64,000 bases of DNA, from assembly GCA_030641665.1 (NCBI GenBank), contig DAOWHA010000050.1, forward strand, positions 2,632-66,631, given 5' to 3'. The position numbers and the translations under genes are program-made. Origin of the DNA: a bacterium. GTDB taxonomy: Bacteria > Patescibacteriota > Patescibacteriia > JAACEG01. The notes beneath the pieces were generated by a model that saw only the letters and a list, made by a program, of their open reading frames with translations, made no database searches and had not been told where the DNA came from. Positions 10,488-22,303 of this stretch are shown piece by piece (the first letter of the stretch is position 1; the number at the start of each line of letters is the position of its first letter).

Positions 10488-11234
10488 ATGTATCGCGGCA
10501 GCCAAGGCATAATTTTAAAAAAACAGGATTTTCGCGAAAGCGATTCTTTTTTTTCTATTTACACTTATGATTTTGGAAAAATAGAAGCTATCGCGCGCGG
10601 AGTAAAAAAAAGCAAAAGCAAATTATCAGGTCATTTGGATTATTTTTCAATTATTGATTTGATGGCTGTGCGCGGAAAAATTTTTAATCACATAAGCGGC
10701 GCTGTTTCAATAAAAAATTTTTTAAATATTAAAAAAAATCTGCAAAAAATAAATCTAATTTTTTATTGCTTAGAAATTACGGACTATTTTATCAAAACGG
10801 GGGAAAAAAACAAAAAAATTTTTCTTTTATTAAGCCAATTTTTAATGATTGCTGATAAAAATCTCCGTATTGAACGACTGAAATTTATAGCTCATTGCTA
10901 TATATTAAAATTGCTGAATCTTCTCGGGTATAAGCCCGAACTGTATTTCTGTTTAAAATGCGGACAAAAAATCACTCCGAATGGCAATTTTTTTAGCGTT
11001 TTGGCTGGAGGAATTTTTTGCGCGAAATGTAAAAAAAATCGCGAAAATAATATTTTTGAAATATCAAACAACGCGATTAAATTATTGCGCGTAATACTGC
11101 AAAAAAATTTATCAAATTTAGTCAAAGTTAAATTAAGCAAAAATTTATTTACAGAAACGATAAAAATCATTGACGAATTCTTAAATTTCAGGTTAGATAA
11201 AGATATGAAAAGCAGAAAATTTATAAAATTTTAA
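10488..11234 (+). CDS. recO: DNA repair protein RecO
   Basis: N-terminal OB-fold start MYRGSQGIILKKQDFRESD and zinc finger CLKCGQK...CAKCKK. Start set at ATG 10488 directly after the GT stop. The 10419 start in the ORF track overlaps the upstream gene. Confidence 0.7.
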   Translation: MYRGSQGIILKKQDFRESDSFFSIYTYDFGKIEAIARGVKKSKSKLSGHLDYFSIIDLMAVRGKIFNHISGAVSIKNFLNIKKNLQKINLIFYCLEITDYFIKTGEKNKKIFLLLSQFLMIADKNLRIERLKFIAHCYILKLLNLLGYKPELYFCLKCGQKITPNGNFFSVLAGGIFCAKCKKNRENNIFEISNNAIKLLRVILQKNLSNLVKVKLSKNLFTETIKIIDEFLNFRLDKDMKSRKFIKF

Positions 11235-11376
11235 ATAACCGCAAAAAGAGGTGATAAAAATGCAGGTATTTTGCGAATTTATAAATTTTATTTCTTTTTG
11301 TTCGCCAATATTATTAGTATTAATAATATTGGCAGCCCTAATTTTTCCTGTTAAAAAAAACATTAATTAGGGCAAA

Positions 11377-11419
11377 AGAACCTATTCGCAAAGACAAATT
11401 GAATAGGTTCTATTTTTTT
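11377..11419 (+). terminator. Rho-independent terminator after recO
   Basis: agaacctattc...gaataggttct stem plus tattttttt. The loop contains cgcaaagacaa, the same 11-mer as the repeat terminus. Confidence 0.6.
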
Positions 11420-11433
11420 GTTAAGATAAATTT

Positions 11434-12573
11434 ATGTTGAAATATTTTATTAAAACCTACGGCTGCCAGATGAACGAAAGCGATTCGGAAAGAATATCTG
11501 CCACGCTGGAAAATATCAGATATAAAAAAACAGATAATTTTAAAAAGGCTGATTTGATAATTTTTAATATGTGTGCGGTTCGGCAGACAGCAGTTGACCG
11601 CGTTCATGGGCAGTTAAAAAACATAAAAAAATTAAAGGTTGAAAACAAAAGACTGAAAATTTTTTTGACAGGATGTATTTTAGATTGCGATAAAAAAAAA
11701 CTGTCTGAAAAAGTTGATCTTATTTTTGATATTAGAGATCTTGAATCACTTTATCTTTGCGATGAGTTGAGCAACCTCTCCGCTCACTCGCTACACTCAT
11801 TTAACTCCTCGCAAAGACAAGATAAAAAAAATGACTATAATTATCTGAAAATCAAGCCGAAATATGAATATAAAAAATCCGCGCTTATTCCAATTATGAC
11901 TGGCTGCGATAATTTCTGCTCTTATTGCGCGGTGCCTTATACGCGCGGAAAGGAATACTCGCGCCCCGCAGATGATATTTTAAATGAAGTTAAAAATTTA
12001 ATTAAAAATGGATGCGAAAAAATTACTCTATTAGGACAAAATGTGAATAGTTATCGGATGTCGGACGTCAGATGTCGGATGTCAAAAATTTCAAATTTTT
12101 CGAATTTATTAAAATTAATTAACAATATAAAAGGCGAATTTGAAATTAATTTTTTAACAAGCCATCCAAAAGATATGAGTGATAAATTAATTCAGGCAAT
12201 CGCTGAGTGTAAAAAAGTGTCAAAAAACTTGCATCTGCCTTTTCAATCTGGAAGCGACGCAATATTAAAAAAAATGAACAGAAAATATACTCGACAAGAT
12301 TATCTGAATTTAGTTAAAAAAATAAAGACTGCAATTCCTGAAATAAAATTTTCAACAGATGTTATTGTCGGCTTTCCCGGAGAAACAAAAAAACAGTTTG
12401 AAGAAACTGTTAGCGTAATAAAAAAAGTAAATTTTGAAACAATTTATGTAAATAAATATTCTGCGCGAAAAGGAACGCTTGCCGAAAAACTTTACAAAGA
12501 TAATGTTAGTTTAAAAGAAAAAAAATCGCGATGGAGAATAATTAATAATTTTAATAAAAAGTTAAAGAGATAA
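11434..12573 (+). CDS. MiaB/RimO-family radical-SAM methylthiotransferase
   Basis: MTTase N-domain YGCQMNESDSE and radical SAM CDNFCSYC. Adjacent miaA favours MiaB. Carries an in-frame heptamer-repeat insertion YRMSDVRCRMS. Confidence 0.75.
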   Translation: MLKYFIKTYGCQMNESDSERISATLENIRYKKTDNFKKADLIIFNMCAVRQTAVDRVHGQLKNIKKLKVENKRLKIFLTGCILDCDKKKLSEKVDLIFDIRDLESLYLCDELSNLSAHSLHSFNSSQRQDKKNDYNYLKIKPKYEYKKSALIPIMTGCDNFCSYCAVPYTRGKEYSRPADDILNEVKNLIKNGCEKITLLGQNVNSYRMSDVRCRMSKISNFSNLLKLINNIKGEFEINFLTSHPKDMSDKLIQAIAECKKVSKNLHLPFQSGSDAILKKMNRKYTRQDYLNLVKKIKTAIPEIKFSTDVIVGFPGETKKQFEETVSVIKKVNFETIYVNKYSARKGTLAEKLYKDNVSLKEKKSRWRIINNFNKKLKR

Positions 12574-12669
12574 GGGGGGCTATTGCAGTAAAAAATTATT
12601 TTTTACCAACAATTTCTATAGACAATAGCCCGCCTTTTTATAAAATATAATTTACCATATAAAAAAAAT

Positions 12670-13638
12670 ATGTCAAATGTAAATAAAAATATCAAAAATA
12701 AAAAAAGAATTATCGCGATCTTAGGACCCACCGCTGTCGGAAAAACAAAATTGTCCGTAAAATTAGCCTGCCAATTTAATGGTGAAATTGTTAGCGCTGA
12801 CTCGCGGCAAATTTATAAAGGAATGGATGTCGGAACAGGAAAAGACTTGCAAGACTATCAAATAAATCTAAAGTCGAAAAAATTAAAAACTGTAAAAATT
12901 CCTTATCATTTGATTGATGTTGTGAGTCCGAATACTGAATTTAATTTGGCAAAATACCAAAAATTGGCGTACAAAGCGATTGATAATATTCTGTTAAAAG
13001 AAAAAACTCCGTTTTTGGTCGGCGGCAGCGGACTTTATCTGCAAGCGGTTGTTGACGGTTATAATTTATCAGAAACAAAACCTGATAAAAAATTAAGGCG
13101 CGGATTGGAAAAATTGAGCGCGAGCCAACTTTTTGCGCGCTTGCGAAAAATAGACCCTAAATTTGCGAATGAATTGAATAATAGCGATAAAAAAAACAGC
13201 CGGCGACTGATTAGGCGCATCGAACTACTAAAGCAAAATAAAGGCAAGCAATTTCAAAAAAACAAGGTATCTAAGCCAAAATACGATTTTTTAATTATCG
13301 GCCTATCGTTGCCAAAAAATGAACTGAACAAAAAAATTGATCAGCGGATGAAAAAATGGCTTGAACTGGAAAACCTGCTTGGAGAAATTGAAAATTTGCG
13401 CGATCAAGGCGTTAGTTGGAAAAAATTAAATGAATTCGGATTAGAATATAGATTAGTAAGCCATTATTTACGCGAAAAAATCGATTTTCAAGAGATGAAA
13501 AAAACTTTATCGCGCGATCTTAAAAAATTCGCCAAACGGCAAATGACTTGGTTTAAAAGATGGGAAAAGCAAGGAGCGAAAATACATTGGATAAAAAACG
13601 AAAATGAAACGAAAAAATTGATTAAAAAATTTCTGTAA
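12670..13638 (+). CDS. miaA: tRNA dimethylallyltransferase MiaA
   Basis: IAILGPTAVGKTKLS P-loop and SADSRQIYKGMDVGTGK, the canonical MiaA N-terminus. Confidence 0.85.
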   Translation: MSNVNKNIKNKKRIIAILGPTAVGKTKLSVKLACQFNGEIVSADSRQIYKGMDVGTGKDLQDYQINLKSKKLKTVKIPYHLIDVVSPNTEFNLAKYQKLAYKAIDNILLKEKTPFLVGGSGLYLQAVVDGYNLSETKPDKKLRRGLEKLSASQLFARLRKIDPKFANELNNSDKKNSRRLIRRIELLKQNKGKQFQKNKVSKPKYDFLIIGLSLPKNELNKKIDQRMKKWLELENLLGEIENLRDQGVSWKKLNEFGLEYRLVSHYLREKIDFQEMKKTLSRDLKKFAKRQMTWFKRWEKQGAKIHWIKNENETKKLIKKFL

Positions 13639-13651
13639 AAAAATTAAGTCT

Positions 13652-14752
13652 TTAAAAAAGCAGGACATATTTCATATCGCCTAAATTTTTCACCCGTCCT
13701 CCTATTTCAAGCATAGAAAGCGTTGAACTGACGGCTGATAAATCCATTCCTGAACGTTTTGCCAACTGATCAATATGAATCGGATCGCTGCTTAAAAATT
13801 TTAGCAGCGTTTTTTCATCTTGCGACAGCGGCAAAACCTGCTGAACTCTCTCCTTGCGGCTTCTGCTATTTTCCAAATTCAACTCTGTTAAAATATCGCT
13901 GCAATCGGTTATCAGTTTAGCGTTGCCTTTTTTAATTAAATCATTAGTTCCTTCGGAATTTTTGCTGTAAATATTTCCGGGCAAGGCAAAAACTTTTCGC
14001 TTTTGATCTCTTGCATATTCCGCTGTGATTAGCGCGCCAGACTTTAGCGGCGCTTCAATAATCAAAACACCGATGCTTAACCCTGAAATTATTCTATTCC
14101 GTCCTGGAAAATTATAATGAAACGGTTCGGTTCCGGGCGGATATTCTGAAATTACCGCTCCGCCAGATGATATTATTTTTTCCGCAAGCGCTCGGTTCGG
14201 CTGCGGATAAAAATTTTGTTGGTCAAGCCCCGACCCTAAAACTGCGGCTGTAATGCCGCCTAATTCTACCGCCGCGTTATGCGATATAGCGTCAATTCCG
14301 AGCGCCAATCCGCTTGCGATTCCCAATCCGCTTTTAACTAAATCAGAGCTAATTTGATAGGCTGCTTGCCGCCCGTAAGGGCTTGTTTTGCGCGTGCCGA
14401 CAACCGCGAGCAGCGGATTATCAACAGACCGCAAATCCCCCTTATAATAAAGCAAACAAGGCGGGTTTTTTATTTTTTTAAGCAGGCGCGGATAATCATC
14501 GTCTATAATCGCGGATATTTTGATTTTTTCAGCGGCTAATTTTTCTAATTCTTGATCAATATCTGTTTTCTCTTTATAGGCGATAAACTCCTGAGCGATC
14601 ATCTCTTCAAGATCTGCATTTAATAGTTCTGCTAAATCCGCATTCCAGATAAATTCTGCTTCCTTAAAATAAGCGATCAATTTTTTAAATCTTGCCGAGG
14701 TTATTTTTTTAAAGGCCAAAATAGCCGCCCAATACTTGGTATCTCTTGACAT
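13652..14752 (-). CDS. dprA: DNA-processing protein DprA (Smf)
   Basis: Rossmann-like DprA core VVGTRKTSPYGRQ...GLALGIDAISHNAAVELGG. C-terminal winged helix. Confidence 0.85.
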   Translation of the reverse strand: MSRDTKYWAAILAFKKITSARFKKLIAYFKEAEFIWNADLAELLNADLEEMIAQEFIAYKEKTDIDQELEKLAAEKIKISAIIDDDYPRLLKKIKNPPCLLYYKGDLRSVDNPLLAVVGTRKTSPYGRQAAYQISSDLVKSGLGIASGLALGIDAISHNAAVELGGITAAVLGSGLDQQNFYPQPNRALAEKIISSGGAVISEYPPGTEPFHYNFPGRNRIISGLSIGVLIIEAPLKSGALITAEYARDQKRKVFALPGNIYSKNSEGTNDLIKKGNAKLITDCSDILTELNLENSRSRKERVQQVLPLSQDEKTLLKFLSSDPIHIDQLAKRSGMDLSAVSSTLSMLEIGGRVKNLGDMKYVLLF

Positions 14753-15053
14753 TTTTTAATAGTGTGTTATAGTATAATATCGTATTTAAAAATAGTTGGT
14801 TTATATTTTTCTATTTGCCAGCGGCGTATCTTAAAGCCTCTTCCCTCCTTGGCTGATAGATTGCCTGAAAAGCTCTAGGGTTGCGGGATGTTTTCTGTTA
14901 ATTCTAGGCGCTGGCGAATAGTAAAATATAAATCAATTTTCAAACAGTTTTATATTATCATATTTAATTTAAAAATAAAAATAAATTTAAAAAAACGCCA
15001 TTTGCAATATCGCAAACAAGCGTTTTAAAATCACTTTTTAAAAGGAGGCTAAA

Positions 15054-15335
15054 ATGATAACGGAAACTGAAACAAAGTACACAATACAAGAAATAAAAAT
15101 TTCTGGAGACAGGCTAATTGCTGTAGTTCAGCAAACAAAAGAAAAAATTGCTAAAATAATTTTTACCGAATGCAGCAAGGTTCAAATATTATACAAAAAA
15201 GTAAAAAGGCCTATCATGACAATAGTAGAAGAGAAAGAAAAGTTTTGGTCGTCAGAAACATGCAAAGACATTGTCAATAAATCCGTAAAAAAAATAAAAC
15301 TTGAGTTACCAATAGGATATAAAATCCTATTGTGA
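15054..15335 (+). CDS. Hypothetical protein
   Basis: 93-aa ORF with strong SD (aaaaggaggctaaaATG). No recognisable domain. Confidence 0.45.
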   Translation: MITETETKYTIQEIKISGDRLIAVVQQTKEKIAKIIFTECSKVQILYKKVKRPIMTIVEEKEKFWSSETCKDIVNKSVKKIKLELPIGYKILL

Positions 15336-15656
15336 AAAAGAAAAATTAACAAATAAGCCGCCAGGTTGACATAACTGGCGGTTTTCCTTTTTAATTTTAA
15401 TTCTTGATTCTTATAAATTACAAATATTGTCTCACTCTGAATTCCGTCCAGAGGATGGTCAGCCTCTGGCTGATATTTCAGGGTCTGTGCTTGTGGTTCG
15501 CTATATTATTTGGTAGGGGCTGGTCGCGACCCGCGCCTACCAAACATAAAATCAAAATTTGTTTATCTAATTATAATTTAGCGATAAGTAATGACAGATT
15601 CTGAAACAAGTTCAGAATGACATGATTTGTTCATTTCGTGATTTAAAATAATTTAA

Positions 15657-15977
15657 TTAACTACCAAAACTGTCTGCGATTTCTTGCGCTGCTTTTTGGG
15701 CTAAGCCTGTTTTTTCGCGAAATTCTAATCCTCTTTCCTTTAACGCTCCAGCCATATTTCCGCCTATGACGCCAGCGGCGAAAATATTAACTCCTTTGTC
15801 AGCAAGCATTTTTGCGACAGCAAACCCAGCGCCTCCTCCGCCCACCGCGAAAGGATTGGAAATTGTTTCAAGCAATTCTCCTTTTTCATTAAAAATCAAA
15901 TAGTAGGGAGCCCTGCCGGCGCGTCCGCTAATCTCCGCGTCTTCTTTTTTTTCAATTGTAGCAATTGCAATTTTCAT
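15657..15977 (-). CDS. NifB/NifX-family (dinitrogenase FeMo-cofactor-binding domain-like) small protein
   Basis: 106 aa with the glycine-rich AVGGGGAGFAVAKMLADKGV...FAAGVIGGNMAGAL pattern typical of the NifX/NifB/NafY fold. Confidence 0.6.
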   Translation of the reverse strand: MKIAIATIEKKEDAEISGRAGRAPYYLIFNEKGELLETISNPFAVGGGGAGFAVAKMLADKGVNIFAAGVIGGNMAGALKERGLEFREKTGLAQKAAQEIADSFGS

Positions 15978-15989
15978 AATTTTTTTTAA

Positions 15990-16499
15990 TTACTTTAATT
16001 TAAGGAGTTTCTCGACAAAAACTCCGTTGATTATGGAAAACAAAATCATATAAAAAGTAAGCATGACCGTAAAGGGCAGTCCGAAATAATATATCATCAT
16101 CGGCAGCATAGGAATTTTAACAGCCCGATTATAAAGAAATACCGCGATAAAACTGTCTTTCATTCCTTTCTCTTTTAAGTCGGCAAGGAGCGGATACCAC
16201 ATATAAATCGGTCCTGACGATAAGATGCCGCCGACAACCGCTATAAGCCACCCCTTAATTCCAGCGCTTTCTCCGACAAATCTGCTTATCTTTTTGGAAT
16301 CAAGAAAAAAATTTGAAAGGAACATAAATGCTATCACTAGCAAAAAAACTGGAATAATATTTTTAAAAATAAAGACTGATTCTAATAACGCTCTTCGCGC
16401 TAAGGCAAAGTCAGCTGCCAGCGCGATTAAATAGATTATAGCGACGATTATTAAAAAAATCCATTTCCCGCTAATTTTTTCTAATATTCTGTTTATCAT
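15990..16499 (-). CDS. Putative permease, C-terminal half (DUF318-like)
   Basis: Multi-TM. Overlaps the upstream ORF by 4 nt (ATGA), suggesting a two-ORF permease or a split gene. Confidence 0.4.
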   Translation of the reverse strand: MINRILEKISGKWIFLIIVAIIYLIALAADFALARRALLESVFIFKNIIPVFLLVIAFMFLSNFFLDSKKISRFVGESAGIKGWLIAVVGGILSSGPIYMWYPLLADLKEKGMKDSFIAVFLYNRAVKIPMLPMMIYYFGLPFTVMLTFYMILFSIINGVFVEKLLKLK

Positions 16500-16903
16500 A
16501 TATCTATAGAAGCGGCGATTAAAACCGCGATTATAATCGCCATAAAAAAACTTACAACATTCCTAATAATCGCAAATCTTTTGCCAAGCATCAAAGATTC
16601 CGCCGGCAACTGTATCACGCCAACCGTAACCCATGCCAATATAAAAGCCGTTACCGCGAGTAAACTCACGCCTTGTTTTAAAAATTCATCTCCTAAAATA
16701 TAACTTGTGATCGGATTTCCTCCTGATACGCTTCCGATCAGCGCTCCAAGCAATGGGTCTGTAAATCTGTTTCCGCTAAAAACGGTTGAGTAAAATGTTT
16801 GAGGAATAGCAACGATAACAAATCCTAAAAGAAATATGACGCCAAAAATAATCGGAAAAAATTGCTTAAAGCTATTTAATGTTTTTAGAAAAGCGTCTTT
16901 CAT
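16496..16903 (-). CDS. Putative permease, N-terminal half (DUF318-like)
   Basis: Multi-TM protein: GALIGSVSGGNPITSYILGDEFLKQGVSL. Translationally coupled to the downstream ORF. Confidence 0.4.
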   Translation of the reverse strand: MKDAFLKTLNSFKQFFPIIFGVIFLLGFVIVAIPQTFYSTVFSGNRFTDPLLGALIGSVSGGNPITSYILGDEFLKQGVSLLAVTAFILAWVTVGVIQLPAESLMLGKRFAIIRNVVSFFMAIIIAVLIAASIDI

Positions 16904-16965
16904 AAAAAATTCAGAACCTTTAATTATTTTATTTATATTATCACATTTAAAGAAAAAATAAAATT

Positions 16966-16999
16966 AAAATGCTGATATTTTAAAATATCAGCATTTTTT
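16966..16999. terminator. Perfect palindromic hairpin terminator
   Basis: aaaatgctgatatttt|aaaatatcagcatttt. Lies downstream of the antiporter gene. Confidence 0.55.
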
Positions 17000-17040
17000 A
17001 TCCTTAATTCTTAATTTTACTCTTGCGGGCGACCTTATTC

Positions 17041-18444
17041 CTAATCCTCCTCTTTATATCTCTTTAATAAACAAGACAATACTGGCGGGGCGATGAGCGT
17101 TGTTAAAATTACCATAGCGATAATAACCGAAAATACTTCGTCGGAAATAACGCCTAAGGATTTGCCGATATTTCCAAAAATCAAGCCGACCTCGCCTCTC
17201 GGCACCATCGCAAAACCGACTATCCATTTATTATATTTTTTAGGCAAAAACATTCCCGAGACAACCTTTCCGATAACAGCTATAACCGTTACTAATAAAG
17301 CGATTAACAAAATTTTCGGATCAAAAAAAGTTTCCAGCTTTACCTGTAATCCTGTATAAACAAAAAACAGCGGGACGAACACGAAAGCGATATTTTCTAT
17401 CAAATCTTCCACATGCTTGCGAGAATGCTTTTCTATGATCTCGTTTAGCGCTTTATTAACGCCATTGCCGTCTCTGCTTGCCATCCAATCTTTTATATCC
17501 CTCACTAATCTGTAATTTTTAAACCCTTTAAAATGAACATTGTCCAAAAGCAATCCGGCGACAAACGCCCCTATGATCGGAGCTAATCCCGCTAAACTCG
17601 CGATATAAGAAAAAAACAGCCCGATTGACAAAACTAAAGACAGCTTCATTCCTATTCCAGTATGAATTTTTAAAAGTATCTTGCCTAAATTCTTTGCGAT
17701 GCAGCCGCCGATTATTATGCCGCCGAAAAGAAATATAAAGGCCTTTGCGGTGATTATCGCGATAATGGCAGGGCTGACAAATCCCGCAGTCGCTATCGCA
17801 GTAATAACTGCTAAAATCAAAAGGCCTAAAACATCATCAATAATAGCCGCTCCTAAAACAACTTTCGCCTCTTTAATATGCAGTTTATTAAAATCTTTAA
17901 ATACTCTGCCCGTAATGCCGACCGAAGTCGCCGTTAGCGACGCGCCGATAAAAAGATAAGTTATCTGGGATAAACCGGGAAAAACATAAGGACCGATCAA
18001 ATAAGTTCCCAGGGCGAACGGCGCGCCAACGCCTATTATCGCCACTATAAAAGATTTTATGCCGACTCTTCTTATTTCGTTAAGATTGCTTTCCAGCCCG
18101 ATTTGAAAAAGCAGAATCACAACTCCGAATTCAGCTAAAAAAGCCATAATCAGATTGTGTTCTAATTCCCTAAAAAAAGAAAATCCGAAAAGAGCCAAAT
18201 TTCCCAAAACAACGCCGACTAATATTTCTCCTAAAACGGCTGGCTGCCCGAATCGCGTTATTAAGCTGCCTGCTTTGCTTAAAATAAGAAGTATCGCCAT
18301 AACTCCAAAAATTAAAGCGATATCCCCGTGTCCCCCTCCTGTTTTTTCGCTATGTTCAGCAGCGAAAGATACCGCAGGGGCAAATAATGCCGCCAGCGAT
18401 AAAATGCCGCAAATAATCTTGCGGATAATTTTTTTTACGATCAT
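17041..18444 (-). CDS. CPA2-family cation:proton antiporter (Na+/H+ or K+/H+ exchanger)
   Basis: 467 aa, ~12 TM, Na_H_Exchanger-like core. Confidence 0.75.
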   Translation of the reverse strand: MIVKKIIRKIICGILSLAALFAPAVSFAAEHSEKTGGGHGDIALIFGVMAILLILSKAGSLITRFGQPAVLGEILVGVVLGNLALFGFSFFRELEHNLIMAFLAEFGVVILLFQIGLESNLNEIRRVGIKSFIVAIIGVGAPFALGTYLIGPYVFPGLSQITYLFIGASLTATSVGITGRVFKDFNKLHIKEAKVVLGAAIIDDVLGLLILAVITAIATAGFVSPAIIAIITAKAFIFLFGGIIIGGCIAKNLGKILLKIHTGIGMKLSLVLSIGLFFSYIASLAGLAPIIGAFVAGLLLDNVHFKGFKNYRLVRDIKDWMASRDGNGVNKALNEIIEKHSRKHVEDLIENIAFVFVPLFFVYTGLQVKLETFFDPKILLIALLVTVIAVIGKVVSGMFLPKKYNKWIVGFAMVPRGEVGLIFGNIGKSLGVISDEVFSVIIAMVILTTLIAPPVLSCLLKRYKEED

Positions 18445-18608
18445 AATAATTAAAATGTTAAAAAAATAAAAACTCCCCTTTATTAAAAAGGGAGCAATAA
18501 TGTCTTATCTGCAAAAGCGAACTGCGTCTCTGCTGTAGATAAAATACTATCTTAAAACTAATAGTAATATAGCACGCTATAAAAAATTTTCAAGAGTAAA
18601 CTTCCCGC

Positions 18609-18798
18609 TGTCTTTACGAGGAATGTAGTGGAGCGATAGCTGAACGAAATGACGAAGCAATCTCATTGCTTAAGCAGAAAGAACTGTAATTACAAATTTG
18701 TTAGCTTAGTAATGAGATTGCTTCGTCGCTCTCTCTTCCCCGCCTAAATTTTTGTTTCACAAAAACTTAGGCGGGTCGTTCGGCTCCTCGCAAAGACA
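18609..18798. repeat. Nested palindromic element, copy 2 (with extra internal hairpin)
   Basis: TGTCTTTACGAGGAA...GACGAAGCAATCTCATTGCTTAAGCAG...GATTGCTTCGTCG...cgcctaa...ttaggcg...CTCCTCGCAAAGACA. Confidence 0.9.
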
Positions 18799-18836
18799 GT
18801 GGATTTATGCATTTTCCATTTTTATTTCCTTGATTC

Positions 18837-19289
18837 TTAATTTTTAATTTCTGATTCTGTATTAATTTTTTTCCATCTCTTAACAGCTTTTGTTCTAGCT
18901 AATTCTTTGGCGATATTAGCGCTGATATTTACAAACCTTTCTCTGTCAAAATGCCTGCTGTCTTTTTTAATCTCTTCCGCGCGCTTTCTGGCTTCTTCCA
19001 CTCTGTCCATATCAATCTCCTCTGCCCGTTCCGCGGTATCAGCTAAAATAACAATTTTCTCCTTTAAAACCTCGATAAATCCGCCAGACACTGATATTAT
19101 TTCTCGCTCGCCATTTTCTTTGATAATCTCAATAACGCCCGGCATTAAACTGGCAACCAATGGAATATGCCCTGGCAAAACAGTGATCTCGCCTTGCTTA
19201 GTCGGCACGCTAACCTGAGCGATTTTTTCTTTCAAAACCGCGCCTTCAGGAGTAACTATTTCAAACTTTATAATTTTTTGTTCTGGCAT
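18837..19289 (-). CDS. atpC: F1 ATP synthase epsilon subunit
   Basis: KFEIVTPEGAVLKEKIAQVSVPTKQGEITVLPGHIPLVASL, canonical epsilon N-terminal beta-sandwich. Confidence 0.85.
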   Translation of the reverse strand: MPEQKIIKFEIVTPEGAVLKEKIAQVSVPTKQGEITVLPGHIPLVASLMPGVIEIIKENGEREIISVSGGFIEVLKEKIVILADTAERAEEIDMDRVEEARKRAEEIKKDSRHFDRERFVNISANIAKELARTKAVKRWKKINTESEIKN

Positions 19290-19424
19290 ATTTTAGTTTG
19301 CAACCCGAAAATATTGCGCAGGGGTTGATAAATTAATTATTATATGATAATTTCAATATTTGAATTTGTTTGTATCCTTGTTTTTTGTATCTTAATTTTT
19401 TAAAAAACATTATTCTTAGCGCGC

Positions 19425-19565
19425 TGTCTTTGCGAGGAGGCGATAGCCGACGAAGCAATCCTATTACTAAACGAAAAATCTCTACTTTGCATAGTTTATG
19501 CGGATATTAACGAGATTGCTTCGTCGCTCTCTCTCGCTATGCTCATTCGGCTCCTCGCAAAGACA
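19425..19565. repeat. Nested palindromic element, copy 3
   Basis: TGTCTTTGCGAGGAGGCGATAGCCGACGAAGCAATCCTATTACT...GATTGCTTCGTCG...CTCCTCGCAAAGACA. Confidence 0.9.
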
Positions 19566-19756
19566 GCGAGGATTATTTATTCCTAATTCCTAATTCCTAA
19601 TTCATAATTCTTTATTCTTTATTCTTTCTACTTTTTACTTCCCCAATACTCCCTTTAATATAAAATTCCTCTTCTGCTTTATTATCATGCTTATTTTTAA
19701 ACAATTTTTTCTTGACAAAAACATTTAATATGCTATTATTGTAATAAGTCAAACCT

Positions 19757-20320
19757 CTAGGGAATCTTAACAGATTGCTCTAGATTCCCCTCCAATTTGG
19801 AGGGGTTTTGTTTTTTATAAATTATTTCATTTTTTAACTTTCGCAAATCAATATATTTAGCCCTTTCAATCAATTCTCTTGAAATATGACCCCTTGTTGA
19901 AAAAACAACAACTCTCTTTTTTAATTTTTTCATTTCATCTACTAAAACCGCAAAATCACTGTCGCCTGAAACCAAAATACAACTATTAAATTTATTTATA
20001 TTCTTCATCAAATCAACCGCCAATTCAATGTCTAAATTGCCTTTTCTTTCATAAACGCCTGAACCGACTTTAATTACCTTAACTTCTTTTACTTTAACAA
20101 TATAACCAAGATTTTTTAACTTATTTAAAAAATTATTCTGCTTTAAATTATCTCCTACTTTTCCTGAATAAAAATATATTTTTTCTAAATCAATTTCTTT
20201 TTCTAAATATTTTTTAAATTTTTTATAATCCACTTTCCATTTTAATGTTTGCTGGGAATAAAAAATATTAGACGCGTCTATAAAAACATAAGTTTTGCCT
20301 TTAATAAATCTTGAAATCAT
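19757..20320 (-). CDS. NYN-domain (LabA-like, PIN-related predicted RNase) protein inserted between atpD and atpC
   Basis: YVFIDASNIFYS...ILVSGDSDFAVLVDEMKK, the conserved acidic residues of the NYN/LabA fold. Confidence 0.65.
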   Translation of the reverse strand: MISRFIKGKTYVFIDASNIFYSQQTLKWKVDYKKFKKYLEKEIDLEKIYFYSGKVGDNLKQNNFLNKLKNLGYIVKVKEVKVIKVGSGVYERKGNLDIELAVDLMKNINKFNSCILVSGDSDFAVLVDEMKKLKKRVVVFSTRGHISRELIERAKYIDLRKLKNEIIYKKQNPSKLEGNLEQSVKIP

Positions 20321-20325
20321 ATTTT

Positions 20326-21738
<1,413 letters not shown>

Positions 21739-21827
21739 TTATAGTTTACAACCCAAAACCTTAGCGCAGGGTTGACAAATTAAATTTAAAAAGTATATAA
21801 TATAATAAAAACAATAACTTTAAAAAA

Positions 21828-22037
21828 ATGGTTTCTGATAAAATTTTTTGGAGAATAATTTTTTCTATAATTATTTTAGCCAGTGGCTTAATAGGCTGGC
21901 AAAGCGGAAGTTTCATAAATTTTTTGCTTTCATTAGCAGGATTATCTGGATCTTTTTTATTTCTAAGTATAGTTTTTTTATCATCCGTCCTTTTCGTTAC
22001 AATACGGAAAGGGGACAAGGAGGCGGAAGTTGGCTGA
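21828..22037 (+). CDS. Possible small 2-TM membrane protein in the ~730-bp atpD-atpG spacer (uncertain)
   Basis: 69-aa hydrophobic ORF. An overlapping 106-aa ORF (21848-22168) sits in another frame, so one frameshifted membrane gene is possible. No SD. Confidence 0.25.
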   Translation: MVSDKIFWRIIFSIIILASGLIGWQSGSFINFLLSLAGLSGSFLFLSIVFLSSVLFVTIRKGDKEAEVG

Positions 22038-22303
22038 ATTTTTTTATCACTTTTTTTGGGCTAATGTTTATTTCTGCGATATTCGCAGGAATATACCAAG
22101 TATTTTTGCTGTTTAATATAAACGGTAAAATATATGAGAGCTTATCGGATGGCAAAATTATTCGATAAAAATTCTAACATTTTCGGGTTGCAACATCATT
22201 GCTGTTGCAACCTTTTTCCTTTTTAAAACAACGGAATAAATAATTTATTTTTATCATCATACTTATTTTACAGATAAAGCGAAATAATCTTATTCCCCCT
22301 CAC

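Noticed and set aside
19566-19625. Short tandem repeats (taattcc)x3 and (tttattc)x3 after element copy 3
   Set aside because: Only three units each, in the AT-rich spacer. Likely slippage debris without evident function.
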